From an uncultured Thermoplasmata archaeon (GTDB taxonomy: Archaea; Thermoplasmatota; Thermoplasmata; Lutacidiplasmatales; UBA184): DNA of 64,000 nucleotides. Positions 39,104 through 48,703 of this stretch are shown here, piece by piece; the first letter of the stretch is position 1; the number at the start of each line of letters is the position of its first letter. Under the pieces are notes generated by a model. That model was not told where the DNA came from, made no database searches, and worked only from the letters and a program-made list of their open reading frames with translations. Made by a program: the position numbers and the translations under genes. Location of the stretch: contig CAVRCS010000003.1 of assembly GCA_963719635.1 (NCBI GenBank), positions 7,910-71,909 on the forward strand. Reading direction: 5' to 3'.

Positions 39104-39201
39104 GCCGGCGCGAAATGGCGACGGGGGATAACCCTTCGGGACGGGGACAGTTACGTGGTAATCTCCCGGCCGTTCCGGAGGCTCCGGCTCGGCGGACGGG
39201 C

Positions 39202-40272
39202 CTACCGGCCCTGGTCTACCCCGAACCAGCTCCGAAACCGTTGGGTGTTGCCGATCGAGCCGACCAGCAGGATAGCGTCCCCGGGCTGCAGGCGCGTCTC
39301 GGGCGGCGGCCCGACGTGGGTCTCGAACTCCCCGTCGGGGCGCGGATGGCCGTAGCCGACGAGGATGCAGCCGGTCGCCGCCCGGACCAGCGCCTCTGCC
39401 TCGCCGAACGTCTGGCTCGCGACCGGGGTCGTCGGCCGGAGGACGAACTCCTGGAAGTCCGCCCGGACATCCGCGGCCATCAGGTCCTCGAGCGCGTGAG
39501 CGACCTCGGGCTCGAAGGCGGCGGACGCGCACAGCCGGCCTCCGCTGTCCGACGGGCTCGCGACGTAGGTGACCCCGGCCGCGCGGAGCGTCTCTCGGAG
39601 CCCGGGGCGGTTGACCGAGACGACCACCCGTACGGTGGGTGCGTGGGCGCGAACGTTCAGCGCCGCGATCATGCTCTGCGCGTCGTCCGCGGTCGCGATG
39701 ATCACGCTGTGGGCGGCCGGGACGTTCGCACGCTGCAGGAGCTCCAGCTCCGCCGGGTCACCGAACGTTGCGTACAGCTGGCCCGCAGGACCGAGAGACC
39801 GGACGCTGGCGACGTCCTCGGCCCGCTCGGTAACGACCGCCACCTTCTGATTCTGGAGCAGGAGTTCGCGCACGGCCGCCCGGGCGACCGGGCTGTAGCC
39901 GAGCACCACGATGTGGCCGCTGAAGTCCGTCCCCAGCAGCCCCAGGGCCCGGCGCTGGGACTCGCTCGCACCCTCCGTCGACAGCACGCTGAGCAGGTAG
40001 CCGAGCAGGAAGATTTGGCTGCCGATGACCCCGATGGTGAGCAGTTTGGCTCCCACCGTGGTGGGGACGATGTCGCCGTAGCCTACGGTGCCGAGAGTGA
40101 CGATCGCCCAGTAGAACGAGTTGAACAGGGAGTACTTCTGGCCGTCCAGTTCGAAGAATCCGATCGCTGCCACCAGGTAAACTGTGCCGAACGCCGCGAG
40201 GAGCCACCAGATGCGGCCCACGAAGTCTACGGCGTAGCCAAGGCGGCGGCTTGCCATGACGCCGGCGACCAC
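39202..40272 (-). CDS. K+ channel with RCK/TrkA-N domain (MthK-like)
   Basis: Selectivity filter TLGTVGYGD, followed by HIVVLGYSPVARAAVREL (Rossmann-type RCK) and a TrkA-C-like end. Confidence 0.85.
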   Translation of the reverse strand: MVAGVMASRRLGYAVDFVGRIWWLLAAFGTVYLVAAIGFFELDGQKYSLFNSFYWAIVTLGTVGYGDIVPTTVGAKLLTIGVIGSQIFLLGYLLSVLSTEGASESQRRALGLLGTDFSGHIVVLGYSPVARAAVRELLLQNQKVAVVTERAEDVASVRSLGPAGQLYATFGDPAELELLQRANVPAAHSVIIATADDAQSMIAALNVRAHAPTVRVVVSVNRPGLRETLRAAGVTYVASPSDSGGRLCASAAFEPEVAHALEDLMAADVRADFQEFVLRPTTPVASQTFGEAEALVRAATGCILVGYGHPRPDGEFETHVGPPPETRLQPGDAILLVGSIGNTQRFRSWFGVDQGR

Positions 40273-40401
40273 CCCCGTCGCCGCGAAAAGGCCTTCTGCC
40301 GTCCTCGGCTGGTTGGGCCCACCGCTCCCGCCTCCGGGCTGGGCGGCTCAGAGAGAGCCCGACGGTCCCGGAACGGTGGGTGTTAGGGGGGTCAACGCGC
40401 G

Positions 40402-40785
40402 ATGGTGCACCGGGGAGTCGAGCTGGACCTGGGCCTGCGTCCCGGCCTCCCGAACGAAGGTTTCGTCGCGGAGGCGCTCGGGAACCTGGCCGCCTACGAG
40501 CTCGCCGGTCGACGGAGCGAGCCGCTTGCCTGGCAGATCGTGCGTGTGGAGGTCGGTCACAGCCACCACTTCCGCTTGATCGTCCGCCACCCGGAGCGAC
40601 GGCTCGATATCGGCTTCCTGCACGACCTTCGCGAGATCCTGCACGCGCTCTCGGCCCAGGACGTAGGGACACTGCGCACCGGTCTTGCGGAGGCCGAGCG
40701 CCACGGGCTGAAGCTCGTCCGACTCCGTCACGTCCGCGAGCAGGTCGACTACTGGCACGACGACTTCTGGAACTGGATCGGCTGA
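40402..40785 (+). CDS. Hypothetical protein
   Basis: Very high GC3 in this frame compared with the overlapping antisense ORF 40348-40758. No recognisable motif. Confidence 0.45.
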   Translation: MVHRGVELDLGLRPGLPNEGFVAEALGNLAAYELAGRRSEPLAWQIVRVEVGHSHHFRLIVRHPERRLDIGFLHDLREILHALSAQDVGTLRTGLAEAERHGLKLVRLRHVREQVDYWHDDFWNWIG

Positions 40786-40935
40786 CCGGGGAGGCGCGGT
40801 CGCCTCGGCTCGGGCGCGGCGCCGGACCCGCCGGATCGTCCGTCGAAGGGAGGAGCCTGCCTTCGGCCGCTGCGGGCGGCGCCGGAGGGCCCTCGACGCC
40901 CAGGTCTTTGCTGGAAGGGGGCGCCGACCGGCGGA

Positions 40936-41883
40936 CTACGGGGCGACGGGCGCGGCCCGCCAGAAATCGAGGGCGTCCCGGATCGTCTGGTCGATCGGGA
41001 CCTTCGGCGTGTGGCCGAGCGCACGCAGCCGGCGCACGTCCGCGACGTTGTCCGCCTCGTCGGTCGGCCGGAGCAGAGCCGGGTCGACCGTCACCGTCAG
41101 GGGCGTCTTCGCGAGCGCCACCAGGCGGTCGACGATCGACCGAACCGAGTAGCTCGTCCCCGCGCCGACGTTCACGGGTTGCTCCGGGTCCCCGACTTCG
41201 AACAGCTTCCAGAGGGCCAGCACCGAGTCACGCACGTCGGAGACGTCACGCTTCGTCTCCAGGTTGCCGACCTTGAGCGTCGCCGGGGCACCGGCCCGCT
41301 CGAGCCGGGCGACCTGCTGCGCGAAGTCGTTCAGGGCGTCACCGGCCTTTCCGGGGCCGGTCGTCCCGAAGAGGCGCGCACGGACGACCCGCAGACCGAA
41401 GTTTCGGAAGTACTGGAACGAGACGGCCTCCTGGCACGCCTTGGAGACGCCGTACGGGTTCGTCGCCCAGAGCGGCGACTCCTCCGACACGGGGAGCCTC
41501 GGCGGGATCCCGTACGCCGCGGCGGAGGCGGCGAGGAGGACCCCGCGCGCCGGCGGATGGCGCCGGAGCGCCTCGTAGAGGCGGATCGTCCCGGCCACGT
41601 TCGTCTCGAAGGTGTCGAGCGGGTCGGCCCATGCCTTCTTCGCGTACGCCTGGGCCCCGAGGTGGAAGACGGCGTCCGGACGGAGCTGGTCGACGAGGGC
41701 GCCGACCCCGGTCTTGTCGCGGAGGTCGAGCCGCTCCCACCGGATCCGCGCGTCGGTCGGGATCCGCGAGGAGAGCTCCGGTTCGGTCAGGTACGTCCCG
41801 ACGACCTCGTTCCCCTGGCCGCACGCGTGGCTGGCGAGGTACCGGCCGATGAACCCGGACGCTCCCGTGACGAGGATCTTCAT
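40936..41883 (-). CDS. NAD-dependent sugar-nucleotide epimerase/dehydratase/reductase (extended SDR)
   Basis: MKILVTGASGFIGRYL (Rossmann motif), YGVSKACQE (YxxxK), GDP-sugar reductase-like C-terminus. Confidence 0.8.
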   Translation of the reverse strand: MKILVTGASGFIGRYLASHACGQGNEVVGTYLTEPELSSRIPTDARIRWERLDLRDKTGVGALVDQLRPDAVFHLGAQAYAKKAWADPLDTFETNVAGTIRLYEALRRHPPARGVLLAASAAAYGIPPRLPVSEESPLWATNPYGVSKACQEAVSFQYFRNFGLRVVRARLFGTTGPGKAGDALNDFAQQVARLERAGAPATLKVGNLETKRDVSDVRDSVLALWKLFEVGDPEQPVNVGAGTSYSVRSIVDRLVALAKTPLTVTVDPALLRPTDEADNVADVRRLRALGHTPKVPIDQTIRDALDFWRAAPVAP

Positions 41884-42020
41884 CGTCGGCCCAACTCCTC
41901 TCCCCCAGTCCACGGACCGGGGGTCCTAAGACCGACGCCTCGACCCGAACCCCGTCATAACGGCAAGGGGTCCCTCGGGGAACGGAGAGGGTCGGCCACG
42001 GCGCGGGGCGGCGAGCGCGT

Positions 42021-43070
42021 TCAGTTTCCGGGGCGGACCGACCAGGTCTGCAGCCCCTCGGGCTCGAGGGAAAAGTCCTCGACCCGGCCCCCCGCCGCCT
42101 GGACCGCCTTCTGCACCTTGGCCCGGCGCGCGAAGTCGCAGAAGAGCAGCAGGTAGCCGCCACCGCCCGCGCCGACGAGCTTGCCGCCGAGCGCCCCGGC
42201 CTCGCGGGCCCGGTCGTAGAACGCATCGATCCGCGGGTTGGTGATCCCGTCGGTGAACCGCTTCTTCACCTGCCAGCCTTCGTCCAAAAGCCGCCCCATC
42301 TCGTCAAGGTTCCCGCGCAGCAGCTCGTTCTTCATGTCGAGCGCGAGCTGCTTGGTGGCGTCCATCGCGTTCACCGTGTCGCCGCGCTTTTCGACGTAGC
42401 TCTGCTGCTGGCGCTCGATGATGTCGTTGGAGTAGTGGCTCGTCCCGGTGTAGCAGAGGAGGAGCCGGTAGGCGAGCTCGTTCACCACGTCCGGCTGGAT
42501 CTTCAGCGGGTTGACGATCGTCCGCTGAGCGCCGAACTCCATGAAGTTGAACCCGCCGAACGCGGCGGCGTACATGTCCTGGCGGCCGCCCTTCATCCCG
42601 AACTCCCGCCGCTCGATCTCGTAGGCGAGCTCCGCGACCTCGTACGACGTCCACGCCTGGCGCAGGTACCGCTGGAACGCCCCGACGAGCGCGACGACCA
42701 TCGTCGACGAGCTGCCGAGCCCGGTCCCCGGGGGCGCGTCCGAGTGCAGGAACAGCTTCAGCGAATCCGACTCGCCGCCGCCGTTGGCGGGACGACGGAG
42801 GACCCGCAGCGCCGCCTTCACGAGGTCGAGCTCGCCGGTCGCCTCCAGGAAGTCGGACGGCTTCTCGTAGTTCGCCGTGACGTTGTAGTCGAGCGACTCG
42901 ACCGCGACCTTGCCGGCCGCGTCCGGGATCGACTCGAGCGTCGCGTAGGCGAACCTGTCGATCGTGCAGTTCAGGACCGCCCCGCCCTTCTCCTCCGGGT
43001 ACGGCGACACATCGGTGCCGCCCCCGGCGAAACTGATCCGCAGCGGAGCCTTGCTCCGGATCATCTGCAT
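42021..43070 (-). CDS. GHMP-family sugar kinase (heptose-7-phosphate/fucose kinase-like)
   Basis: IRSKAPLRISFAGGGTD, PPGTGLGSSSTMVVAL (GHMP motif II), GGKLVGAGGGGYLLLF (motif III). Confidence 0.8.
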   Translation of the reverse strand: MQMIRSKAPLRISFAGGGTDVSPYPEEKGGAVLNCTIDRFAYATLESIPDAAGKVAVESLDYNVTANYEKPSDFLEATGELDLVKAALRVLRRPANGGGESDSLKLFLHSDAPPGTGLGSSSTMVVALVGAFQRYLRQAWTSYEVAELAYEIERREFGMKGGRQDMYAAAFGGFNFMEFGAQRTIVNPLKIQPDVVNELAYRLLLCYTGTSHYSNDIIERQQQSYVEKRGDTVNAMDATKQLALDMKNELLRGNLDEMGRLLDEGWQVKKRFTDGITNPRIDAFYDRAREAGALGGKLVGAGGGGYLLLFCDFARRAKVQKAVQAAGGRVEDFSLEPEGLQTWSVRPGN

Positions 43071-43178
43071 CGGCGGCGCGACGAGCCCGATGAGACCCTT
43101 AACGCTTGGCGAGGCGAGCGCGTTCCGAGACGCCTCCGCGCCGGACGGCCGCACGGTTCGGGCTCGCGGCCGAGCCGC

Positions 43179-43838
43179 CTACGCAGCGGCGACGTGGAGC
43201 GCAAGGCCCGGCGCGAACCGGTGCAGCAGCGCGAGGTGCAGGCCTTCGACGAGCCCCCAGACAACCGCGGCGCCCACGGCGATCCGCTCCCAGCCGCCGG
43301 AGGCTAGGCCGAGGGTGAACGGAACGGCGGAGAGGAGACCGGCGCCCAGGACGACGGCGCCGCTCGTGAAGGTGTACGCCGCCGAAACGCGCCAGCGGCC
43401 GTGCTGGTGCATCGCGGTCGAAACGACGAGCAGTCCGAGGCCCGCGGCGGCGACCGCGACGTACATCGCCGTCGAGACCGCCATGGAGGGGACGTGGCCC
43501 GCGAACGCGAAGAACGCGCCGGCCGCGACCGCGCCGGCGGAGGAGATGACGAGCACGAGGAGGCCAAGCCCGCGGCTTGGCCGGGCATCGAATGCGCCCC
43601 AGGAGAAGAGAAGGCCGAGGAGCGTGAGGACGCCGAGGGCCACGAGCGAAGCGTCGAACGTCGTCGCCCACGGCGCGGGAGCGCCTCGGAGCGCGGTGAC
43701 GGTGGTCGTCCACGGGTCGAAGCGCGGGTAGACGTTCTGGACCCAGAGGAGTACCGCCAGGAACTGCGCGGCGGCGACGGCGAGGAGGACTCCTCCGGTC
43801 CGTACCGGTCGGGGCACGAGGGGGGTTTCGGCTGACAT
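43179..43838 (-). CDS. Multi-pass membrane protein (DUF998-like)
   Basis: Six hydrophobic segments. Start at ATG 43838 (ORF opens at 43979). Confidence 0.5.
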   Translation of the reverse strand: MSAETPLVPRPVRTGGVLLAVAAAQFLAVLLWVQNVYPRFDPWTTTVTALRGAPAPWATTFDASLVALGVLTLLGLLFSWGAFDARPSRGLGLLVLVISSAGAVAAGAFFAFAGHVPSMAVSTAMYVAVAAAGLGLLVVSTAMHQHGRWRVSAAYTFTSGAVVLGAGLLSAVPFTLGLASGGWERIAVGAAVVWGLVEGLHLALLHRFAPGLALHVAAA

Positions 43839-43920
43839 GCTAGGCACCGGTGGCAGGTTCGCGCGGTCCTCCTGTATAAGACCCGGCGTTCGAGGAGCAC
43901 CCTGCGGTCGCGCCCGGGCG

Positions 43921-43926
43921 TATAAC
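43921..43926 (+). promoter_or_regulatory. TATA-like box (tataac) for the NUDIX gene
   Basis: 22-27 nt upstream of ATG 43948. Confidence 0.35.
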
Positions 43927-43947
43927 CCCGGGAACGGTGCGCGAACG

Positions 43948-44385
43948 ATGCCCCGGTACCATCGAGGGCCGAAGCTCACGGTCGATGCGGTATGGTTCGA
44001 CCACGGCCGGCTGCTGCTGGTCCGGCGGGGGCGCCCTCCTTTCAGGGGCCAGTGGGCCCTCCCCGGGGGATTCGTCGAGCCGGACGAGTCGGTCGAGCAG
44101 GCCGTCGCGCGGGAGCTGCAAGAAGAGACGGGGCTGCGGGCACGGCCGTACCAGCTCCTCGGAGTCTACTCCGAGCCGGGACGCGACCCGCGCGGCCCGA
44201 CCGCGTCGGTGGTGTTCCTGATGCAGGGACGCCGGGGAGAGCCCGTAGGCGGCGACGACGCGGCCGACGCCCGGTGGCTACCGGTCCGGGAGGCGACGCC
44301 CCTCGCCTTCGACCACCGTCGGATCGTCTGCGACGCCGTCCGAGCGATGGCCCGGAGCCCCCGTCCGCGACGGGACCGCCCGTGA
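43948..44385 (+). CDS. NUDIX hydrolase
   Basis: Nudix box GGFVEPDESVEQAVARELQEETGL (Gx5Ex7REUxEExGU). Confidence 0.85.
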   Translation: MPRYHRGPKLTVDAVWFDHGRLLLVRRGRPPFRGQWALPGGFVEPDESVEQAVARELQEETGLRARPYQLLGVYSEPGRDPRGPTASVVFLMQGRRGEPVGGDDAADARWLPVREATPLAFDHRRIVCDAVRAMARSPRPRRDRP

Positions 44386-45816
44386 GACGGAGACCGCCAC
44401 CGGGGTCGGGCCGCGCGAGTAGCTGAGCACGGCGCCGAGGACTAGGATGGCCGCGCATCCGAGGAGCGCGGCGCGGATGCCGCCGAGGAACGCCCCGCCG
44501 CTGGCGCCGAGCGTGTTCGTCCCCAGGAACACTTCGGAGGCGAGCTGCTTGGAGACGCTCGCCGAGGCGATCGACAGCGCGACGACGAAGCTGAGCAGGG
44601 CGCCCATGTTCGTGAGCGTCGCCCGGAGCCCGCTGATCGCCCCGAAGCTCCGGGGCGACGCCTGCCCCATGACGGCGGTGTTGTTCGCCGGGAAGAACAT
44701 CCCGGTCCCGACCCCGCTGACCACCGCGACGACCGGGATCCACCCGAGCCACGTGGTGGTGGTGAGCTGGTCGTAGGCGAGGACGGCGACGACCATCAGG
44801 AGGAGCCCGGCGGTAGCGAGGCCGCGCGGACCGAGCCGGTCGACGTACCGGCCGGTGACCGGGCCCGCCAGCGCCCCGACGAGGTACCCCGGGACGAGCA
44901 GCAGGGACGAATCGAGAGGCGAGAGGCCCCGGATCCCCTGAAGGTAGAGGGTCAACAGGAAGACGACGGAGAGGTTCCCCAACGCCTGGAGAAAGCCGGC
45001 GATCAGCGAGAACCCGAGCAGACGCTGGCGCAGCTCGCGGAGGTCGAGCATCGGCTGCGCCGCCCGCAGTTCGACCAGCACGAAGACCGGCACGAGGGCG
45101 AGCCCGACCGCCTCGATGGCGATGTTCTGCCACGACGCGCCGAAGACGGCGACCTCGATCGCCCCGTAGCAGAGCATCCCGAGCGCGACCGAGAACACCG
45201 CGAAGCCGGGGACGTCAAGGCTCACCCGGCTCCGGCGGACGCCGGCAGCGTCCTCAGGCCGAGCGCGACCGCGACGACGCCGATCGGGAGGTTGATGAAG
45301 AAATTGTACCGCCAGCCGAGCGTGGTCGTGATCACGCCGCCGAGCAGGATCCCCAGGATCGAGCCCGACGCTCCAGCCGAAGACGAGGAAGCCGAACGCC
45401 TGGCCCCGGCGCTCCGGCGGGAAGACGTGGGCGATGAGCGCCCCGGCGTTGGCGAACATGATCGCCCCGCCGAGCGCTTGCACGACCCGCGCGGCGATCA
45501 GGAAGACGTCGGTCGGCGCGAAACCGCAGAGCGCCGAGCCGACGGTGAAGACCGCGAAGCCGACGTTGTAGACCCGTCCGCGGCCGAACAGGTCGCCGAA
45601 CCGGCCGGCCTGCGTGGTCAGCGCGGCGGTGACCAGGAGGTAGGCGAGGATCGTCCAGATGATCGTCCCCAGGGGGGAGGCAAGCTGCCGGCTCATCGTC
45701 GGCAGCGCCAGGATGACGATCGTGCTGTCGACGGCGACCATCACCGTCCCGAGCGTCGTCAGCAGGAGCACGGCGGCTTCCTGCCGGGACGACGACGGAG
45801 CGCCGGGAGCGGCCAC
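44278..45816 (-). pseudogene. MFS transporter (DHA2/14-TMS-like) with two compensating frameshifts
   Basis: MVAVDSTIVILALPTM..., GRFGDLFGRGRVY. TM5-6 ([35 protein letters not shown]) is readable only in another frame. Shifts at about 45362 and about 45226. The main-frame text there is [13 protein letters not shown] junk. Confidence 0.8.
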
Positions 45817-45943
45817 GGACGTGGAGTTCCTCGCGCGGGCGTCGCGGCAGCGGGCTTAGCAGTTGTCCCTCGGAAGCGCGCGGGAGCGCGCCGCTCCCGG
45901 CCGCCCGACCCCTCTTATGGGCCCGGGCGTCGGGGTGGGGCGG

Positions 45944-46648
45944 ATGGCGTCCCGGCGCTCCCTGGCCCACGAAGGCCACCCCCGCCCGACGCTCCTGAGC
46001 GACTTCATCCTCGGGAGCCAGGACGGCCTGGTGAACGTCCTCGGGATCCTGCTGGGGCTGGTCGCCGCCGGTTCGCCGAGCCGGATCATCCTCGTCGCCG
46101 CCCTCGCGGCGCTCGCGGCCGAGTCGATCTCGATGGGCGCCGTCGCCTACACGTCCACGATGGCCCGGCGCGACCTCTACCTGAGCGAGATCGAGCGGGA
46201 GCGGCGCGAGATGCACGAAACCCCCGAGCTCGAGCGCGAGGAGGTCCGCGTCATCCTCCGCAAGTGGGGCTACTCCGGCAACGAGGTCGAGGAGATGGTC
46301 CAACGGATCGAGTCGAAGCCGAAGGCGTGGCTCGACATCATGATGGCATTCGAGCTGAACCTCGCCGAGGTCAGCTCCGAACAGCCGCGGCTGAGCGCCT
46401 TCACCGTCCTCGCCTCGACGACCGTCGGCTCGGTGCTGCCCCTCATCCCGTTCCTGATCGGACTCTCGCGCACCGTCGCCACCGCGGCGACGGTGGCCGT
46501 CTCGGCCGCGGCCCTGATCGCCATCGGCGCCTACGAGGCGCGCACAACCCTCGGTCGGTGGTGGTTCTCCGCCAGCCGCATGCTCGTCATCGGGCTCGGC
46601 GCCGGCTTCGCCGGGTTCGTGGTCGGGGAACTGGTCGCCCGGCTCTAG
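45944..46648 (+). CDS. VIT1/CCC1-family iron/manganese transporter
   Basis: LSDFILGSQDGLVNVLGILLGL, central acidic helix region (ERERREMHETPELEREEV), C-terminal TMs. Confidence 0.8.
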   Translation: MASRRSLAHEGHPRPTLLSDFILGSQDGLVNVLGILLGLVAAGSPSRIILVAALAALAAESISMGAVAYTSTMARRDLYLSEIERERREMHETPELEREEVRVILRKWGYSGNEVEEMVQRIESKPKAWLDIMMAFELNLAEVSSEQPRLSAFTVLASTTVGSVLPLIPFLIGLSRTVATAATVAVSAAALIAIGAYEARTTLGRWWFSASRMLVIGLGAGFAGFVVGELVARL

Positions 46649-46667
46649 CCGGACGCCGACGTTATTG

Positions 46668-46696
46668 GGCCCTCCTGTCGACCGACGAGGAGGGCC
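46668..46696. other. Perfect 9-bp stem-loop between convergent genes
   Basis: ggccctcct-(11 nt)-aggagggcc, located between the stops of 45944-46648 (+) and 46697-46920 (-). Confidence 0.35.
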
Positions 46697-46920
46697 TTAC
46701 ACGGCGCGGAACGGTAGGGCGTGCCGCACGGTCGCGCGGCCGCGCCGAGGCGAAGAGAACCAGCCGAGCGCGCGCACCTCGTGGCGGCGGCAGTTGGCGC
46801 ACCAGATGACAAGCTCAGCGCCGTCTTCCAACTCCGGCGTCCGAGTGTGCCGGTCGGCAGCGTGGCCGCAGTGCGACGCGATGCACGGATGCGGCGCGCG
46901 CCCCCCGGGGTCTCTCCCAC
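46697..46920 (-). pseudogene. Small zinc-ribbon-like protein; start frame offset by one nt in a homopolymer
   Basis: HPCIASHCGH...VIWCANCRRH (C-x4-C ... C-x2-C), good GC3. The only start at proper TATA spacing is GTG 46920, in another frame. Adding one G to the C6G4 run (46901-46910) joins them. Confidence 0.3.
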
Positions 46921-46945
46921 GATAGGAGAGAATGCGTATCAATAC

Positions 46946-46953
46946 GTATAAAT
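46946..46953 (-). promoter_or_regulatory. TATA-like box (acgtataaatg core), copy 1
   Basis: cgtataaatg recurs at 47291-47300. Lies 26-33 nt upstream of GTG 46920 on the minus strand. Confidence 0.35.
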
Positions 46954-46970
46954 GTGCCGCAGGGGCGGGC

Positions 46971-47219
46971 TCACGCCCCGGTGCGCGCGAGCGCGCGCAG
47001 TTGCCGGCCCTCGTGCGCCTTCCGCTCGCGGTCGGTGAGCTCCCGGAAGTGGAGCGAGACGGACATCGTGCCGCTCACTTCGATCTCGCCGGCGAACGGC
47101 AGCTTCATCGAGAACCGGTCGAGGCGGATGTCCAGCTGGCCGTGGCGGTTCGAGAGCGCGGCGACGACGTTGAGGAATGGGTTCGCGCTGGCGCCGTTGG
47201 ACGGGGGGGCATCGGCCAT
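46971..47219 (-). CDS. Hypothetical small protein (82 aa)
   Basis: Very high GC3, balanced composition (LDIRLDRFSMKLPFAGEIEVSGTMSVSLHFRELTDRERKAH). Divergent from the ArsR-like gene. Confidence 0.5.
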   Translation of the reverse strand: MADAPPSNGASANPFLNVVAALSNRHGQLDIRLDRFSMKLPFAGEIEVSGTMSVSLHFRELTDRERKAHEGRQLRALARTGA

Positions 47220-47237
47220 GCTCGACCATCGACTCCC

Positions 47238-47257
47238 GCCGATACGAACCTATCGGC
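47238..47257. promoter_or_regulatory. Palindrome gccgata-N6-tatcggc, candidate operator
   Basis: Perfect 7-bp arms in the 100-nt spacer between divergent genes 46971-47219 (-) and 47321-47972 (+, ArsR-like). Confidence 0.35.
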
Positions 47258-47291
47258 CGGAAACGTTCGTTCCATTTGTTAATGGATTTGC

Positions 47292-47299
47292 GTATAAAT
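47292..47299 (+). promoter_or_regulatory. TATA-like box (gtataaat), copy 2
   Basis: 22 nt upstream of ATG 47321. Confidence 0.45.
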
Positions 47300-47320
47300 G
47301 CCGGGACCGTAGCGATACCC

Positions 47321-47972
47321 ATGGACGCGGCCCCGGTCCCGTCGGTACTCGACCGCCAAGCGCAGCCTGCTTGTACACCTCAAGCAGACCCCGGGCTCGC
47401 CGCTCGCGGACATCGCGCAGGCGCTCGGGATCTCCAAGGTCGCCGTCCTCGCGCACGTGCGGCAGCTGGAGGCCGATGGCCTCGTCGAACGGGCGTACCG
47501 GGCCGGCAAGATCGGGCGGCCGCGCGTCACGTTCCGGCTCACGGACGCCGCAGGGCCGCTGTTTCCGCAGAACTACGTCGAGATGTCCCGGTGCGCGTTG
47601 CAGTTCATCGAGGAGCGGCTTGGACGGACCGCCGTCCGGGAGCTGTTGAGCCGGCGCGCGGCGGAGGTCACCGAGCGGAACGGTCCGCGGGTGGCGAGCG
47701 GACCGCTCGCGCACCGGGTCTCGGAACTGGCGAAGGTCCGCACCGAAGGCGGCTACATGGCCGAGGTCGGCCGACGCCGCGGCGGCGCCGTGGAGATGCT
47801 CGAGCACAACTGCCCGATCCTCGCCCTCGCACGGGAGTTTCCCGAGGCGTGCGAGACGGAACGCACGATGTTCGAGACCATGCTCCGGGCGAAGGTCGAG
47901 GTCAGCCACCGAGTCGTCGCCGGCGACCCGGTCTGCCGGTTCCTCGTGCGCGAGGGGTCCCGGGTCCTGTGA
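47321..47972 (+). pseudogene. ArsR-family wHTH regulator with extra C-terminal domain; frameshift at codon ~12
   Basis: ATG 47321 gives MDAAPVPSVLDR. The HTH (KRSLLVHLKQTPGSPLADIAQALGISKVAVLAHVRQLEADGLVERAY) is in the next frame with no start codon of its own. Deleting one C near 47356 joins them. Length 652 nt. Confidence 0.65.
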
Positions 47973-48703
47973 CCGCCGCCGCCGTAGCCCCTACCGCGGT
48001 CGTCACGGGTGCCAGCCGGGGCCTCGGTGAGGTCGTCGCCCGTCTGCTGACCGACCAGCGGTATCGCGTGCTCGCGACCGCGCGGACCGTGGCGCCGCTC
48101 GAAGCCGCCGCGGCTCGGCTGCGCAGCCGCGGTGCGTCGGTCGAGACGCTCGTCGGGGACGTGGCGGACGCCGCCGTGCGGCGGCGAGCGCGCGCCTGGG
48201 CCGAGAGCGCCGGTCGGCTCGACGTGCTCGTCAACAACGCGAGCGCGCTGGGCCCCTCGCCCCTGCGGCCGCTCCTCGAGCTTCCCCCGACGACCCTCGC
48301 CGGGATCCTCGAGGTGAACACGCTCGCTCCCCTCGCCCTCGTGCAGGAGCTCATCGGCCCGCTCGCCGCCGCGGGCGGCCTCGTCGTCAACATCTCGAGC
48401 GACGCGGCGGTCGGAGGGTATCCTGGCTGGGGCGGCTACGGATCCAGCAAGGCGGCGCTGGAGCTGCTGAGCCGCACCCTTGCCCACGAGCTCGCCGACC
48501 GCCGCGTCGCCGTGGTGAGCGTCGACCCCGGCGATCTGCGTACCGAGCTGCACCAGGCAGCGTACCCCGGACAGGACATCACGGACCGGCCGCTACCGGA
48601 GGCCACCCTTCCGTTCTGGGTGTGGCTGCTCCACCAGGACCGAGCCGCCGTCTCGGGCGGCCGGTTCCGGGCGCAGGCGGACCGGTGGGAGCTTCCCCGA
48701 TGA
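47969..48703 (+). CDS. Short-chain dehydrogenase/reductase
   Basis: VVTGASRGLGEVVARLL (TGxxxGxG), NNAS, YGSSKAALE (YxxxK). GTG start overlaps the upstream stop (GTGA). Confidence 0.8.
   Translation: MTAAAVAPTAVVTGASRGLGEVVARLLTDQRYRVLATARTVAPLEAAAARLRSRGASVETLVGDVADAAVRRRARAWAESAGRLDVLVNNASALGPSPLRPLLELPPTTLAGILEVNTLAPLALVQELIGPLAAAGGLVVNISSDAAVGGYPGWGGYGSSKAALELLSRTLAHELADRRVAVVSVDPGDLRTELHQAAYPGQDITDRPLPEATLPFWVWLLHQDRAAVSGGRFRAQADRWELPR

Noticed and set aside
34588-40386. Long antisense or offset ORFs (34588-35802 -, 35148-36473 +, 35813-36907 -, 36205-37146 +, 38848-40386 +, 39758-40672 -)
   Set aside because: Extreme R/P/G/A composition, no recognisable motifs, and each fully overlaps a gene with strong family signatures (glucoamylase, GLP-module protein, K+ channel). 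These are shadow ORFs.
27669-45816. Programmed ribosomal frameshifting for the paired frameshifts (sulfatase-like, VOC, glucoamylase, MFS)
   Set aside because: No slippery heptamers or downstream structures were noticed at the shift sites. The genes are unrelated housekeeping types not known to use recoding, and several sites sit in homopolymers.
45292-46809. 505-aa plus-strand ORF, and similar ORFs at 44042-45133 -, 56831-58456 +, 61555-63408 +, 61631-62905 -
   Set aside because: Same shadow-ORF composition. They overlap the MFS, VIT1, E2 and ABC-2 permease genes, which have clear TM or catalytic motifs.
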